64,000 bases of DNA from positions 310,001 through 374,000 of the forward strand of contig NW_026782237.1 in the NCBI RefSeq assembly GCF_031769215.1. Reading direction: 5' to 3'. Position 1 is the stretch's first letter. The number at the start of each line of letters is the position of its first letter. Both the position numbers and the translations under genes were made by a program. This DNA is from Ylistrum balloti (taxonomy: Eukaryota). Under the pieces are notes generated by a model. That model did not search any database, was not told the DNA's origin, and saw only the letters and a program-made list of their open reading frames with translations. Below are positions 9,657 to 22,266 of the stretch, piece by piece.

Positions 9657-10853
9657 TACGCATATCAAGTTTCATAAATTCTGAGAAATGGATGAAAGCC
9701 AATTCTACTTTCTCTGCAATATCTATACCAAGCCAACCAGATGATGTTATGGCACCCTTTTCCCCTTGCAATGAGTTAATGAAAAATTGTTTTTTGAAAT
9801 GAAAACAAATATAGACTTATCATGTTATCAACCAATGTTAGATCACAGATGATTTCAATGGCCCAAGTTGTCGAAATACCTTGCGTGACACCCCTAATGA
9901 GCTACTTCTAGCAGTTATCCCAACTTCAAGCAAACAGTAGAAGAAAGAGCTGCAATCAATTACATCTACTGGGATGTTCCACTTCATATGTTCCCTAATG
10001 TTACAGGACTGGTGATAATTAGTAGGTCACATGAATTATTTACACCTTTTAAGTACACCACTTCACAAACAAACCTATCAATGATTTATATTCAACCTTT
10101 AACTTCCATGAAGTTAAAACTCTACATTTTTATACCATAAACATTTGTGTGCATTTAATTAATTTGCTTCTCTTTCTGATGAATTCGTTGTTGTAATCTT
10201 TTTTCTCGGCATGAACACTTTTGTATTCAACAGAGGAGTAAATGGAAGTGTGAACTGTCCTCACATGTAAGTCTGTCTTGAAACATATCACAGGTAGTGA
10301 GTAGACTTAATGAGTATTGTGTTACCACAGGATCAATAGGTACTTGTATATGGATGCAGACTTCAAGACTTCCTCAAAGGAAATTAACAAAATGGCCAGC
10401 ATCACTCATCTGCTGTCCAGCTACTGAGGAGATAACTTTGATCAGGAAACTTTCATGGTTTTATCAAACTTTTAACCTTTTCTTTTCAGTTTGTTACACT
10501 GTAATCCTTCATCTCCTGGTTATAATCAGAAGACAGTGTTCCAAAGAGGTAGAAAACGGTCATTCCTTCAATAAACTTGATAGTCTTTCATCCTAACATA
10601 ATCAAATATCATGTCCATAGTTTGAAGTTGTTACAAGATTTTAACAAATATTACCCCCATTACCTTGAAAATTGGTCAAGGTCATTTATTTAAATGAGCA
10701 TGATGTCTTCCAACCATTATGGGATTGGTCTAAACGTTATCCAGAAGGAGTTAATGTTTGAAATTTTTGGCATCGGACCACCATGCAATACAAAGCATGC
10801 TTGCCCTTTGTGTAAGTGAACAAATTATTCAGAAATAACCAATGGAATTTTTG

Positions 10854-11029
10854 AGAAATCCTCAGAAATTTGAAGCACCAGTAGTTACTGTAAAAAAACT
10901 GCTTCCTGTTAGAAATCCTCACACATTTGAAGCACCAGTAGTTACTGTAAAAAAACTGCTTCCTGTTAGAAATCCTCAGACATTTGAAGCACCAGTAGTT
11001 ACTGTAAAAAAACTGCTTCCTGATAGAAA
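10854..11029 (+). repeat. 57-bp tandem repeat x3
   Basis: agaaatcctc occurs at 10854, 10911 and 10968. Confidence 0.95.
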
Positions 11030-11067
11030 GTCTGACAGGTTTGATATACTCTACCACTGAATGGATA

Positions 11068-11166
11068 CAGAAAAACAAGGGAAGAAATGGGGAGACAAGG
11101 CAGAAAAACAAGGGAAGAAATGGGGAGACAAGGCAGAAAAACAAGGGAAGAAACGGGGAGACAGGG
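11068..11166 (+). repeat. 33-bp purine-rich tandem repeat x3
   Basis: cagaaaaacaagggaagaaatggggagacaagg occurs at 11068, 11101 and 11134. Confidence 0.95.
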
Positions 11167-11649
11167 CACAAGAGATAAACTGGTTCAATAAACTCCTTCA
11201 TGTGATCAGATGAAAGTGTAGAGGCAAGCATAAGGTACACACTTTAACATAAGTGTACATGTAGGTGAAGGTATTCAGCGATCAGAAAACACTCGTCTAC
11301 TTCCTCCTTGAGAGAGTATTTTAATGTGTAAAGGTGAGCTCTTATGTTTCTATTTCCTGGTAATGATGACAAATAGAAATCAATTGCTGAACAGATCAAA
11401 GAAAAAATGTATTGGATCCACTGAAACAAATCATTACCATGAAAAATCGAAACAGGACATAATCAAATTATCATTATAATGGCTAACAACAGTAGTTCCA
11501 ATGGGTAATTGATGTAAACAGACAGACACCTTTCTCCCTCATGGACTGGAACCAAAATTGTAAAGACAGAAATGCTTTTAATACACTTCAGTTTTATGGG
11601 TCCATTGATTGGTTGAATAACAATACAGACCTGTACTTACAATTACACT

Positions 11650-12397
11650 CCTAACCATATCATCCTAACACCAGACCAGTAAAGAATATAGAATATTATG
11701 TTGGTAACCATTTCATCCTAATACCAGACCAATATATAAAATAGGATATTATGTTGGTAATCATTTCATCCTAATACCAGACCAATATAGAATATTATGT
11801 TGGTAACCATTTCATCCTAATACCAGACCAATATAGAATATAGAATATTATGTTGGTAACCATATCATCCTAATACCAGACCAATATAGAATATAGAATA
11901 TTATGTTGGTAACCATTTCATCCTAATACCAGACCAATATAGAATATTATCCCAGTAACAATTTCATCCTAACAACAGACCTACAGAGAATATTATCCCA
12001 GTAACAATTTCATCCTAACAACAGACCTACAGAGAATATTATCCCAGTAACAATTTCATCCTAACAACAGACCTACAGAGAATATTATCCCAGTAACAAT
12101 TTCATCCTAACAACAGACCTATAGAGAATTTTATCCCAGTAACAATTTCATCCTAGCAACAGACCTACAGAGAATATCATCCCAGTAACAATTTCATCCT
12201 AACAACAGACCTATAGAGAATATTATCCCAGTAACAATTTCATCCTAACAACAGACCTACAGAGAATATCATCCCAGTAACAATTTCATCATTACAACAG
12301 ACCTACAGAGAATATTATCCCAGTAACAATTTCATCCTAACAACAGACCTATAGAGAATATCATCCCAGTAACAATTTCATCTTTACAACAGACCTA
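11650..12397 (+). repeat. Approximately 46-bp minisatellite with two sequential subtypes
   Basis: Units of type catttcatcctaataccagaccaatatagaatattatgttggtaac run to about 11940. Units of type tattatcccagtaacaatttcatcctaacaacagacctacagagaa follow, with a 46-bp period. Confidence 0.92.
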
Positions 12398-13526
12398 AAC
12401 TGACGATCACCGTGATAACGAATTAACCTAACAAACATGATCACAACCACAGATGGTGTGGATGAGGATCCCTGACAGCTATGTTGTTATATTCCTCACT
12501 CAAAAACTTTTAAAAGAAATTGAGATCACTTTTCTCTTGTTTTGATAAGGAAATCAATACCTTCTTAACATAAGCCTTCTATACAAACGCTTGGTCAATC
12601 TTTTACCAACTTGTACCATCAATGGTGATATATACATGTAGTAAAATTGTCTATGATAATTGTATCAAATTTTCAACCATTTGTAATGTTAAAACACCTA
12701 CAGTAAAAACGGACCAATTAATCAGAATGATCCTGAAAGAGAAGACGTCCACATCAAAATCAATGAATGAAACAGTACCATACCATATAATACATTGAAT
12801 AGCTATAAAGAGAATAGATAATGCCAAGTCCCGCCTTGTTATCATAAGAGCATCGGTCACAGGGTACACACAAACAAATGAGCCATGTTGGAAAAACTAC
12901 TCAAATTTGTTTTAAATATTTATCACATCATACCTCCCCTAGTAGGTAATTATACTTTCATTGGTGTTCTATAACAATGAGAAGACCTTATATTGTAAAA
13001 TCAACCTCATGAATCGTAAAACTCTGTAGACTCAAAAAATATTGCGGAAAAACTGATATAGATAATGTAAGACTGGACATGTGTCGGTATAGTGGCTTCC
13101 ATGTATGATATTTTATATTGTAAAAAGTGACAGATCAGGCGTCATTATCTTCACAACACTGTGTCACTGATATATCTATAAGTACATATATTATCCTGTG
13201 TACAGATCTAAATTATTCATCACTGTTGTATCAATCGAAACAAGTAGAGAATCACACCAAGTCTGTAGTGCCATTTACTAAACTGTTTTTCCTCTTAGAC
13301 AATCAGATTGATGATAGCCTTCTAAAACTCTCTCCAAATGCAGAAAATTTAACAAGTAATTTGTGTATTTCAGTTTAATGTATTTATGACCCTGTGAATT
13401 AAAGCCAGTGTCATTTCAAAGCAGGGTCTCCTTGTAGTAGCTATCTCAGTGAACAACATGGGAAGGCTGTCCAAAGCAACTGGAGTAATGTGGCCCCAAG
13501 GCACAAAGATTCATAATCTCAGTAAC

Positions 13527-14740
13527 AACAAGAGACCCATGGGCCTTAACATTAACAGCTTATATATAGAAGTTTGCCAGTTCATAAACTTAAAATCCTA
13601 TTCCTCAAGTATGTTACAACACAAATATCATGATCTAGGACCAATGGCTTGTTCAAAGAACATTTCTTATGTTATCGACATATTAGACCAAAATGACTTT
13701 GAAAATGGGTCAAGGCCAATCATTTAAATTAATTTGGTAGCCCTTAATCAAACTATATCACAGAACCGATTTCCATAGCTTTGATCTTTTTATAAAGAAG
13801 TTGCTTGCAGAATTTAACACAATTGATCGCACTGATATTCAAAGTAGGTCTAGCTCATTTATTGAAACAAAGTTGGTAGCCCTTCATCCTGGTATGCTAC
13901 AGGCCCAATATCAGCATCCTGGGTCTTTTGAATTTTTGAAAAGAAATGGCTTCAATATTTCAGCATGTGTGACCCCTATGACCTTGAAAATGGGTTGAGG
14001 CCATTTATTTTAACAAACCTGGTAGCCCATTATCCCAGTATGCTACAGGCCTAATATCAGCAGTCTGGACCTTTTGGCTATTGAGAATAAGTTGTTTAAA
14101 TAATTTTAACACATTTGCCACCAATGACCTTGAAAGTGGGTCCAGGCCATTCACTTTATAAAACATAATAGCCCATTATTCATGCATGCTATGGGTCCAA
14201 TATTAGCACCCTAACCTTTTGGTTACTAAGAAGTTGTATAAAGATTTTAACACATTTAACCCCTGGTACCTTGAAAATGGGGTCAATATAAGTTATTTGA
14301 ATAAACGTGAAAACCCTTTATCCCAGCATGCAACAGGCTCAACAGCCTTAGTCTGGGGTTTCTGGTTAATGGCTAAGGATTTAACATATTTGACCCCTGT
14401 GAATGTGAAAAAATGGTCAAGGTTATTCAACTGAACAAACTTAATAGTCCTCCATCCAAGCATGATTCTGGCACAATATCAGCAAACTGGGCATTTTCAA
14501 ATCAAAGATTTTAACATACTTTTACCCCTGCTACCTTGAAGTAGACCAAGGTAATTTATTTTAATAAGTTGGTAGTCCTTCATCCCAGCATGCTACAGGC
14601 TAAATATAAGAACCCTAGGCTTTTCAGCAACTGAGAAGAAGTCGCTTGAATGGAAAAATTACATATGGCAGACAGTGCCGAACAATGAGTGAAATATAAT
14701 GGCAATAGGTCATCCTGGCCTAATAATGGAAGTAAGGGTT
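13527..14740 (+). mobile_element. Degenerate Helentron-associated/pearl-like element with an internal array of about 140-bp period
   Basis: Starts aacaagagacccatgggcc. The motif ccttgaaaatgggtcaagg recurs near 13700, 13840, 13983, 14128, 14270, 14404 and 14534. Confidence 0.6.
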
Positions 14741-15045
14741 TAATCAACATTTTAGTAAATACACCTACTAGATTAACCACAAGTAGAAGGTGGTAACTTA
14801 CTTTAATCTTTGACTAACAACAGCCAACCATAACCCATCTAAATTTAAAACGAATCTTCTAAAACATTATCACATCAGCTTCATCAGTTAGTACATGTAG
14901 TAGATGTTTTGTAACCTTCCATCAGCAAAGAAGGTAGAAGATATGGATAATATAATACTTCATAATTATAAACTGATTGATCACTTCTATAATGAATAAC
15001 AAATATTTTGTCAGTAGTCTACAGGTATAACACACTGATCCTTAC

Positions 15046-15196
15046 CCAATACGGTGTACCATTGCTATTTTGTGTATGTCCCACTTATCACGTATCTGAT
15101 GACAAATTTCCATCATCTTTTTCTTGGCCATTGGAATATAGGCCTCATACTCCAAACGTAAGACTTTCTTCCCGCCAAAGTTATCTCTTGTCGTAC
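15046..15196 (-). CDS. MOCS2: MOCS2B exon
   Basis: Acceptor ttttttacag| and donor |gtaagg. Encodes (G)[49 protein letters not shown](G), containing the MoaE motifs GTTR and LEYEAY. Confidence 0.95.
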
Positions 15197-15264
15197 CTGT
15201 AAAAAAAGATTCAATAGCCTTAATAAGTCTTAATATCAACTGGTTAGTAATAATAAACTTCACA

Positions 15265-16336
15265 TTAACCTGATGTTAACTTTCACCTTTTCAATTGACC
15301 TGATGATAACTTTCAAGTTTCTACTAACCTGATGATAACCTTCAACTTTTCTACAAACCTGATTATAACCTACATCTTTCTACTAACCTGATGATAACCT
15401 CAATATTTTCTATTAACCTGATGATAACCTACATCTTTCTACCAACCTGATGATAACCTACATCTTTCTACTAACTTGATGATAACCTACATCTTTCTAC
15501 TAACCTGATGATAACCTACACCTTTCTACTAACCTGATGATAACCTACATCTTTCTTCTAACCTGATGATAACCTACATCTTTCTATTAACCTGATGATA
15601 ACCTACATCTTTCTACTAACCTGATGATAACCTACATCTTTCTACTAACCTGATGATAACCTACATCTTTCTACTAACCTGATGATAACCTACATCTTTC
15701 TACTAACCTGATGATAACCTACATCTTTCTACTAACCTGATGATAACCTACATCTTTCTACTAACCTGATGATAACCTACATCTTTCTACTAACCTGATG
15801 ATAACCTACGTCTTTCTAACCTGATGATAACCTACACCTTTCTACTAACCTGATGATAACCTACATCTTTCTACTAACCTGATGATAACCTACGTCTTTC
15901 TACTAACCTGATGATAACCTACGTCTTTCTACTAACCTGATGATAACCTACATCTTTCTACTAACCTGATGATAACCTACATCTTTCTACTAACCTGATG
16001 ATAACCTACATCTTTCTACTAACCTGATGATAACCTACATCTTTCTACTAACCTGATGATAACCTACATCTTTCTACTAACCTGATGATAACCTACATCT
16101 TTCTACTAACCTGATGATAACCTACATCTTTCTACTAACCTGATGATAACCTACATCTTTCTACTAACCTGATGATAACCTACATCTTTCTGCTAACCTG
16201 ATGATAACCTACATCTTTCAACTAACCTGATGATAACCTACATCTTTCTACTAACCTGATGATAACCTACATCTTCCTACTAACCTGATGATAACCTACA
16301 TCTTTCTACTAACCTGATGATAACCTACATCTTTCT
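15265..16336 (+). repeat. 29-bp minisatellite (about 37 units) in a MOCS2B intron
   Basis: Unit is ctaacctgatgataacctacatctttcta. The array is homogeneous and degrades towards the exon at 15196. Confidence 0.97.
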
Positions 16337-17196
16337 GCTAACCTGATGATAACCTTTACCTTATTAATTACTCCAGAAAGGCCTTTATTTTCATTCTCAG
16401 TGATAGTCTATCATTTTTCTGCTGGCTTTAAGAAATTTTCCAGGACCTTGTAGTACTTTTCCACAACAAACAAACATCTATACAGTAAATTCCAGATAGG
16501 ATTTACATTGTTAATGACAGTTATGATTACACTATAGTAATGTCTGCCTTTGGAAACACAACAATACACAATTATGTCAAGTTCATACACTCAATAAAAG
16601 GTTTTTGTCTGTCTGAAGTAACTTTTTCCTGGAGAATTTTTAAATTATGCATAAGAACTACAAAGAACTCAACTTACACATAATCAGCATCAGAAAAAAG
16701 AAAAACCACATACAATCTATTTTATTATTGGCAATGAAATGTGAATTTTTACTGATGTAATTTGAAATTAATTTTTCTCTTTGATCAAAGTGAAGTTCCT
16801 TCAAGTTAATCCACAGTAAGTTTTTCTCGAGTGTGATGGAGAGATTATACCTATACTATATATAACCATGACTTATCTGTGGGCTATCTACAAGAGATCT
16901 GAGAGCAGTGGGAAAACAATAGGAATTCTACAGTCATACAACATTAAACCCCTACATATTTGGTTCAGGATGAAGTTGACTGGGTTTGATGATTGGTCAT
17001 TGATTTGATATCAAAGTGAAATCTTCCCTGAGATTTTAATGATTTTTTTTTTAGTACCAAATAATACATACTTGTCTTAAAACCTACATTGTATTGTAGT
17101 GAAACTCTGTTTAATGAAGGAAGGAAAGTAACATGATGCACAGGCTATATATATATAGGAAATGGCATGATTGAATGATAACAGGGAACATATACA

Positions 17197-17431
17197 ATAA
17201 CAGCATATGTTTATGATAACAGGGTATGTTTATGATAACAATGTATGTTTATGATAACAGTGTATGTTAATGATAACAGCATATGTTTATGATAACAGGG
17301 TATGTTTATGATAACAGCATATGTTTATGATAACAGCATATGTTTATGATAACAGGGTATGTTTATGATAACAGCGTATGTTTATGATAACAGTGTATGT
17401 TTATGATAACAACATATGTTTATGATAACAG
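17197..17431 (+). repeat. 19-bp minisatellite (about 12 units)
   Basis: Unit is tatgtttatgataacag(c/g/t)(a/g). Confidence 0.93.
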
Positions 17432-17566
17432 AGTACCATTACATACACCATCAGAGTATGTATTAAAAGTACATATAGATGATAGGGCTTTTATCACTCA
17501 CCTTAATCTTTAACCCAGCAGTGTTATTTCCAAATTAAAGCTCAGTTATTTAACCTCTTTGAAGCC

Positions 17567-18485
17567 ACAAGACCAACGGGTAAAATTCCTATATCATTAC
17601 TGTCTTTCTCTCTTGATTCTCATTAAGAGTTTATATGGTATATGGGTTGGTATCTCAACTATATAAAAAAACATGCCATACCCAAGGGTCATTTCTTGAA
17701 TAACAAATATGTTAATCTCTTGTTGCCAAACAATTCTATAAATCAAGGGCCAGTTCTTACATTGTGAATGTTTTTATCTCTTGATGCCCATTGCTATGTA
17801 AGATTTAGGGTTCGGGATCTCAACTGTTTCAAAGATATTAATTACCATGAAACTGAGTCCCTAGGAATGGGATCAGACCCCAAGGCCAATTCCTACATCA
17901 CGAGTGTGCCCAGGAATTTCAAGAATTTGCCCTATTTCTTCCCCCTCCCAAGGTGCTGAGATCCACCTTTTATAGAAAATTGATTTCCCTTTGCCCAAAG
18001 TTGCTTCTGACCAAATTCCTCTATTACCCATATTTGACCATGCCCTTTCCCCCTCAGGGGGGCAAGATCTACTGTTAATATACAAAATTGATTACCCTTC
18101 TTCCAAAGATCCTTCAAACAAAATTTGTGCCAAGTACAATCATTCTTACAGGAGGAGTAGGATTTTTAAAAATGTTTGTTCTATTACCCCTATTTGGCCC
18201 CATCCTCCTGCCCCAGAGGGTCGTGAGATCAACCATTTTTCTGACCAAAAATAGGCAAAATTTACAAATCATACAAAAATGTTCCCTTTCCTGTAAGGAT
18301 GCTTTTGGTTAAATATGGTCAAAATCCCCTCAGTCGTTCATGATTATGTAGAAAAGTTAACAGACACTACATGATGGATGGACAACTGATGATGGATGCC
18401 GCAATGTCTGAAGACAGATGCCAGAAAAGAGATGCCGCAGTATCCCTACAGTTCACTCGACCCTTTGAGTCTGGCAGACTAAAAA
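17567..18485 (+). mobile_element. Old degenerate Helentron-associated element
   Basis: Has decayed internal C-rich repeats (ccccaagg, cccctcagggg, gccccagaggg), a gatgga-type microsatellite remnant, and a 3' end agttcactcgaccctttgagtctggcagactaaaaa resembling the hairpin-plus-A-run end of this class. Confidence 0.45.
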
Positions 18486-18949
18486 TAAGACCACCTCCCC
18501 ATCCCATCTTACACCAACAAATATCATTTCATTACTTTTTTATTAACCCATTCTAAACATCAAGTCATCTTTTTAACATTTTGAAGAATCAATCTACGTT
18601 CAATGAAAACAGGTTATAAGAAAAATCCATTGAAAGGATGATGTTAGTATGAAATAATCATACACTGCTTCCTGGTATTATATTTAGATGGCAAACCTCC
18701 TGTCAGTTTGGTTAGATGGGTAGTTCACTGATACACAAGCAGAATTGTGCTTTTTACAGCCTGGTTTATTCATCACAGTATCCAAAGTTATGAAGATCAA
18801 AATGAAACCTGTGATTTCTTAACAGTCGACTTACAGGTATTGGAGACATCTATATCCCAGAAAAAGAACTTACATCACAAGTAACTACAATCATATAATA
18901 TCTCAATCTGATACAAGTGGGCCACACTTTCTAAGGTCTATATACATAC

Positions 18950-19046
18950 CTATGAAGACAGATATGGCTCCACATGCTGGAGAAGATACAAGTTTAGAAG
19001 TAACGTCTGCATTGATCCTGTCTTCAGTTATGTCCACATGGTCCAT
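18950..19046 (-). CDS. MOCS2: MOCS2B (molybdopterin synthase catalytic subunit) first coding exon
   Basis: Acceptor ttatattcag|G-ATG and donor |gtatgt. Encodes MDHVDITEDRINADVTSKLVSSPACGAISVFI(G), matching MoaE/MOCS2B SPLCGAISLFVG. Confidence 0.9.
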
Positions 19047-19104
19047 CCTGAATATAACACATAAAACATCAATAAAAGCATCAAAGTCAACATCACAACC
19101 TGTA

Positions 19105-19800
19105 CTATAGTATTACCCTGTTAATATCATGTTCATCAACATCATTCCCGTTCTATAGTATACTATCACCCTGTTAATATCATGTTCATCAACATCATTC
19201 CCGTTCTATAGTATACTATCACCCTGTTAATATCATGTTCATCAACATCATACTCATGATGTATATCACCCTGTTAATATCATGCTCATCAACACCATAC
19301 CTATGATGTAGTATCACCCTGTTAATATCATACTCATCAACATCATAGCACATTCTATAGTATTACCCTATTAATGTCATGCTCATCAACATCATACCCA
19401 TTCTGTAGTATCACCCTATTAATATCACACTCACCAACTTTATAACCCATTCTGTAGTATTGCCCTGTTAACAACCAACTAACCAACATCCTAATCTGTG
19501 TTGTAGTATCCGATGTTAATATAATACTAACCAATATCATATCCTGTGAAGTAGCATCACCCATCTAACTTACCAACATTATACCCCATGATGAAGTATC
19601 ACTCTGTTAATATTACACTAACCAATATCATTACTGGTGTTGTAATATCATCATTATAACATCATGCTCAGCAATATCATAGCCCTTGTTGTAGGATTAT
19701 TGTTAATAACCTGCTGACTAACAATTATAATCTGTGATGTAATATCTCCCTGTTAATATCCTGCTGTTTATATCTCATTAACCAACATCATAAACTATGT
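19105..19800 (+). repeat. 47-53-bp minisatellite decaying away from MOCS2B exon 1
   Basis: accctgttaatatcat occurs at 19115, 19168, 19221, 19268 and 19316, then progressively diverges. Confidence 0.88.
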
Positions 19801-20407
19801 TGACTGTATGATATCATGCTGTCTTTATCTTGTTAACTAATATTGTAAACTATGTTGACTATAAAATATCACCATCATTAGTCAAGCTGACTCTCTCCAC
19901 TCGCAATAAGAATGGAATATAAGAATCATTGAGGGAAGTAAGCCCTAATTCTGATTTCATTCTGTAAACTTTTAAGAATTTTGATGAATGATTTTCATCA
20001 AGAAAATGTTAAAAAAAAAAAAAATGCAAAGGAAACGAAATTGACAGTTGAATATTGCAAAGTGTGGATTTAAAATTCCACTGGAAATTGAATATCCGTA
20101 ATTTTCATTTGAATTTTTAATTACTACCACCCTATACTATACCCTGGTGTTTCCTATGTCTTGAGCAATTTTTTTTTACTTTCACCAAAGCACATTGCAT
20201 ATTTACTTTCTTCCAAGTACAACCTGTAAATTTGTTTGTGAATATACTTGTACATGTGTCGCTTTGTGTATCTAATTTTTTGTGAGTTTTACCTATACAT
20301 TTGGTGCTGGTGTATCAATTTGGTACACCTGTTTATCCAACTCTATATTAAGTGCCTGTTTATTTACTTTTTTACCTGTGTATGTGGTACTTTTACAACA
20401 CACCTGT

Positions 20408-20531
20408 CTATCCTCCACTGATCGGTGGGATCACAGCTACCTCATCACCCGGATTCAGGTGTACTTCTTGTCCTGCCTCTAGATAGTCCTCGTTAACAGA
20501 CACCACTAAATTATCAGCTAACACCTGTAAA
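20408..20531 (-). CDS. MOCS2: MOCS2A exon 3 with C-terminal Gly-Gly and stop
   Basis: Acceptor gttgtgtag|. Encodes (S)LQVLADNLVVSVNEDYLEAGQEVHLNPGDEVAVIPPISGG*, ending in the diagnostic MoaD/MOCS2A PPISGG terminus. The joined ORF is 86 aa. Confidence 0.95.
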
Positions 20532-20652
20532 CTACACAACAGGAATAACAATGTTAAATATAGAGAAGAAAAATGCTATTACACCAAACAATTACATAAA
20601 TATTGTTATTAACAATTAGAAAGTGTGCCCAAAAATGTCATGGTAAATATAG

Positions 20653-21476
20653 ACAAGAGATCCCAGAGGGATCTTGGCGCCCACCATTTGAGGATCTGTT
20701 TTCAGTTCTTGAAGATTTGTTTATTTTTTTTTTTGTTTGTGACAGGTGTTGTAAATGTTCATGAACTGGTCTTCATTGAATGTACTCAATGATGGCACAA
20801 GATATTTTTCTTAAGCACCTATTAGCAAATATCATTTGAAAAAGATCCCAAAGTATTATTAGTTAGCAGTCAGTTAAAGGTGGATAATGGACAATATGCT
20901 TGTGCTGTATTACTGTCGACATCCAAGATGGCTGCCTGTGGGCCACCTTGATTTCAAATCAGTCCAAAAAAGGTACAATGCATAACTAGGGACCAAGGGA
21001 AACCCAATATCTATGAAATATCAGAAGGCTCCATCCAGTACTTCCTCAGATATAGCAGTAACAAACTTTTACATCCAAAATCCAAGATGGCCACCTGTCG
21101 GCCATCTTGAATTCGAATCAGTCCAAAAAAGGTACAATGCACAACTAGGGACTAAGGGGAAACTGCATATGAAATTTGAGAAAGATCCATCCCGTACTTT
21201 CCAAGAAATAGAAGTAACAAACTTTTACTTCCAAAATCCAAGATGGCCTCCTGTCGGCCATCTTGAATTCGAATCAGTCCAAAAAAGATACAATGCACAA
21301 CTAGGGACCAAGGGGAAACTGCATATGAAATTTGAGAAAGATCCATCCAGTACTTTTCCAGAAATAGCGGTAACAAGAATTGTTTACGGACGGACGGACC
21401 ACGGACCACGGACAACGGACCACGGACGCAGGGCGATTTGAATAACCCACCATCTATTAGATGGTGGGCTAAAAAA
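20653..21476 (+). mobile_element. Helentron-associated (HINE/pearl/DINE-1-type) non-autonomous element, near intact
   Basis: 5' end acaagagatcccagagggatcttggcgcccacca; about three internal 156-159-bp repeats (tccaagatgg at 20922, 21081, 21237); (ggac/acgg)n microsatellite; 3' hairpin cccaccatcta-t-tagatggtggg whose arm matches the 5' cccacca; ends in an A-run. Confidence 0.8.
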
Positions 21477-22266
21477 CCAAATCTTATTACACTGTACCTT
21501 TACGTGTATTTAATTATTAACCATTTAACAGTGCATCAAAACTGGTCATCTGTGATGTATCATTCTTATGCTCTACTCTATCTAATTCTAAATTGTTTTA
21601 AAAGGTGCAATTAACTTGTCTTTTGTACAAGCAAGGGCCATAACTCTAGAAATAAGAAACCAATCCAGTGAATTACAGTCAAATACCAAATGTTGAATGA
21701 TATGCCAAGAATAAAGTGATGATGAGTTGATGCAGGAACTAATTCTAGACACTGAATGATTGAGAGATCCACTTTGATCAATAAGGATTGTAAATGAATC
21801 TGCTGGATGTATACCGGTAAGTTGTGCCATTTTGCTATCAAATTTCATCTGGTGACACCATGTATTATATATATTGTTACTTTACAATTGCATTTAATTG
21901 TATTTGGTGGTTTCAGTGTGAATGAATGAATTCAAATCACTAATTTCATAAAGCACTATCTGAAGTCCCAAACAAATAGTGGTATCACCAACAATGTATT
22001 CTAGGAAGGTATGGCACTAATTTAAATTGATGGCATCGGCCATATCTAATTCAGGTCAAAAGTACAAACACTGCCTCACCTTGGTCAACCCATGATCTTA
22101 GTATTAAGTTCCAGTGATTGGTAGAGTTGGAAAGAGAGCCCAAACAACCTTTTTCTTTGTAGATCAATGGTCAAAATGTAGATCAAACTGAACTTCTAGT
22201 ACATAACACACCATTTCACTCAGGTGATCTCCATGCCAAAAGTATGTTCAAGTGAAAGTAGTGAAG

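Noticed and set aside
12480-12900. Possible retrotransposon coding remnant
   Set aside because: No reverse transcriptase or endonuclease motif could be read in any frame.
21013-21441. 142-aa ORF with 52-aa repeats
   Set aside because: It is read-through of the 156-bp internal repeats of a non-autonomous element and has no protein motif.
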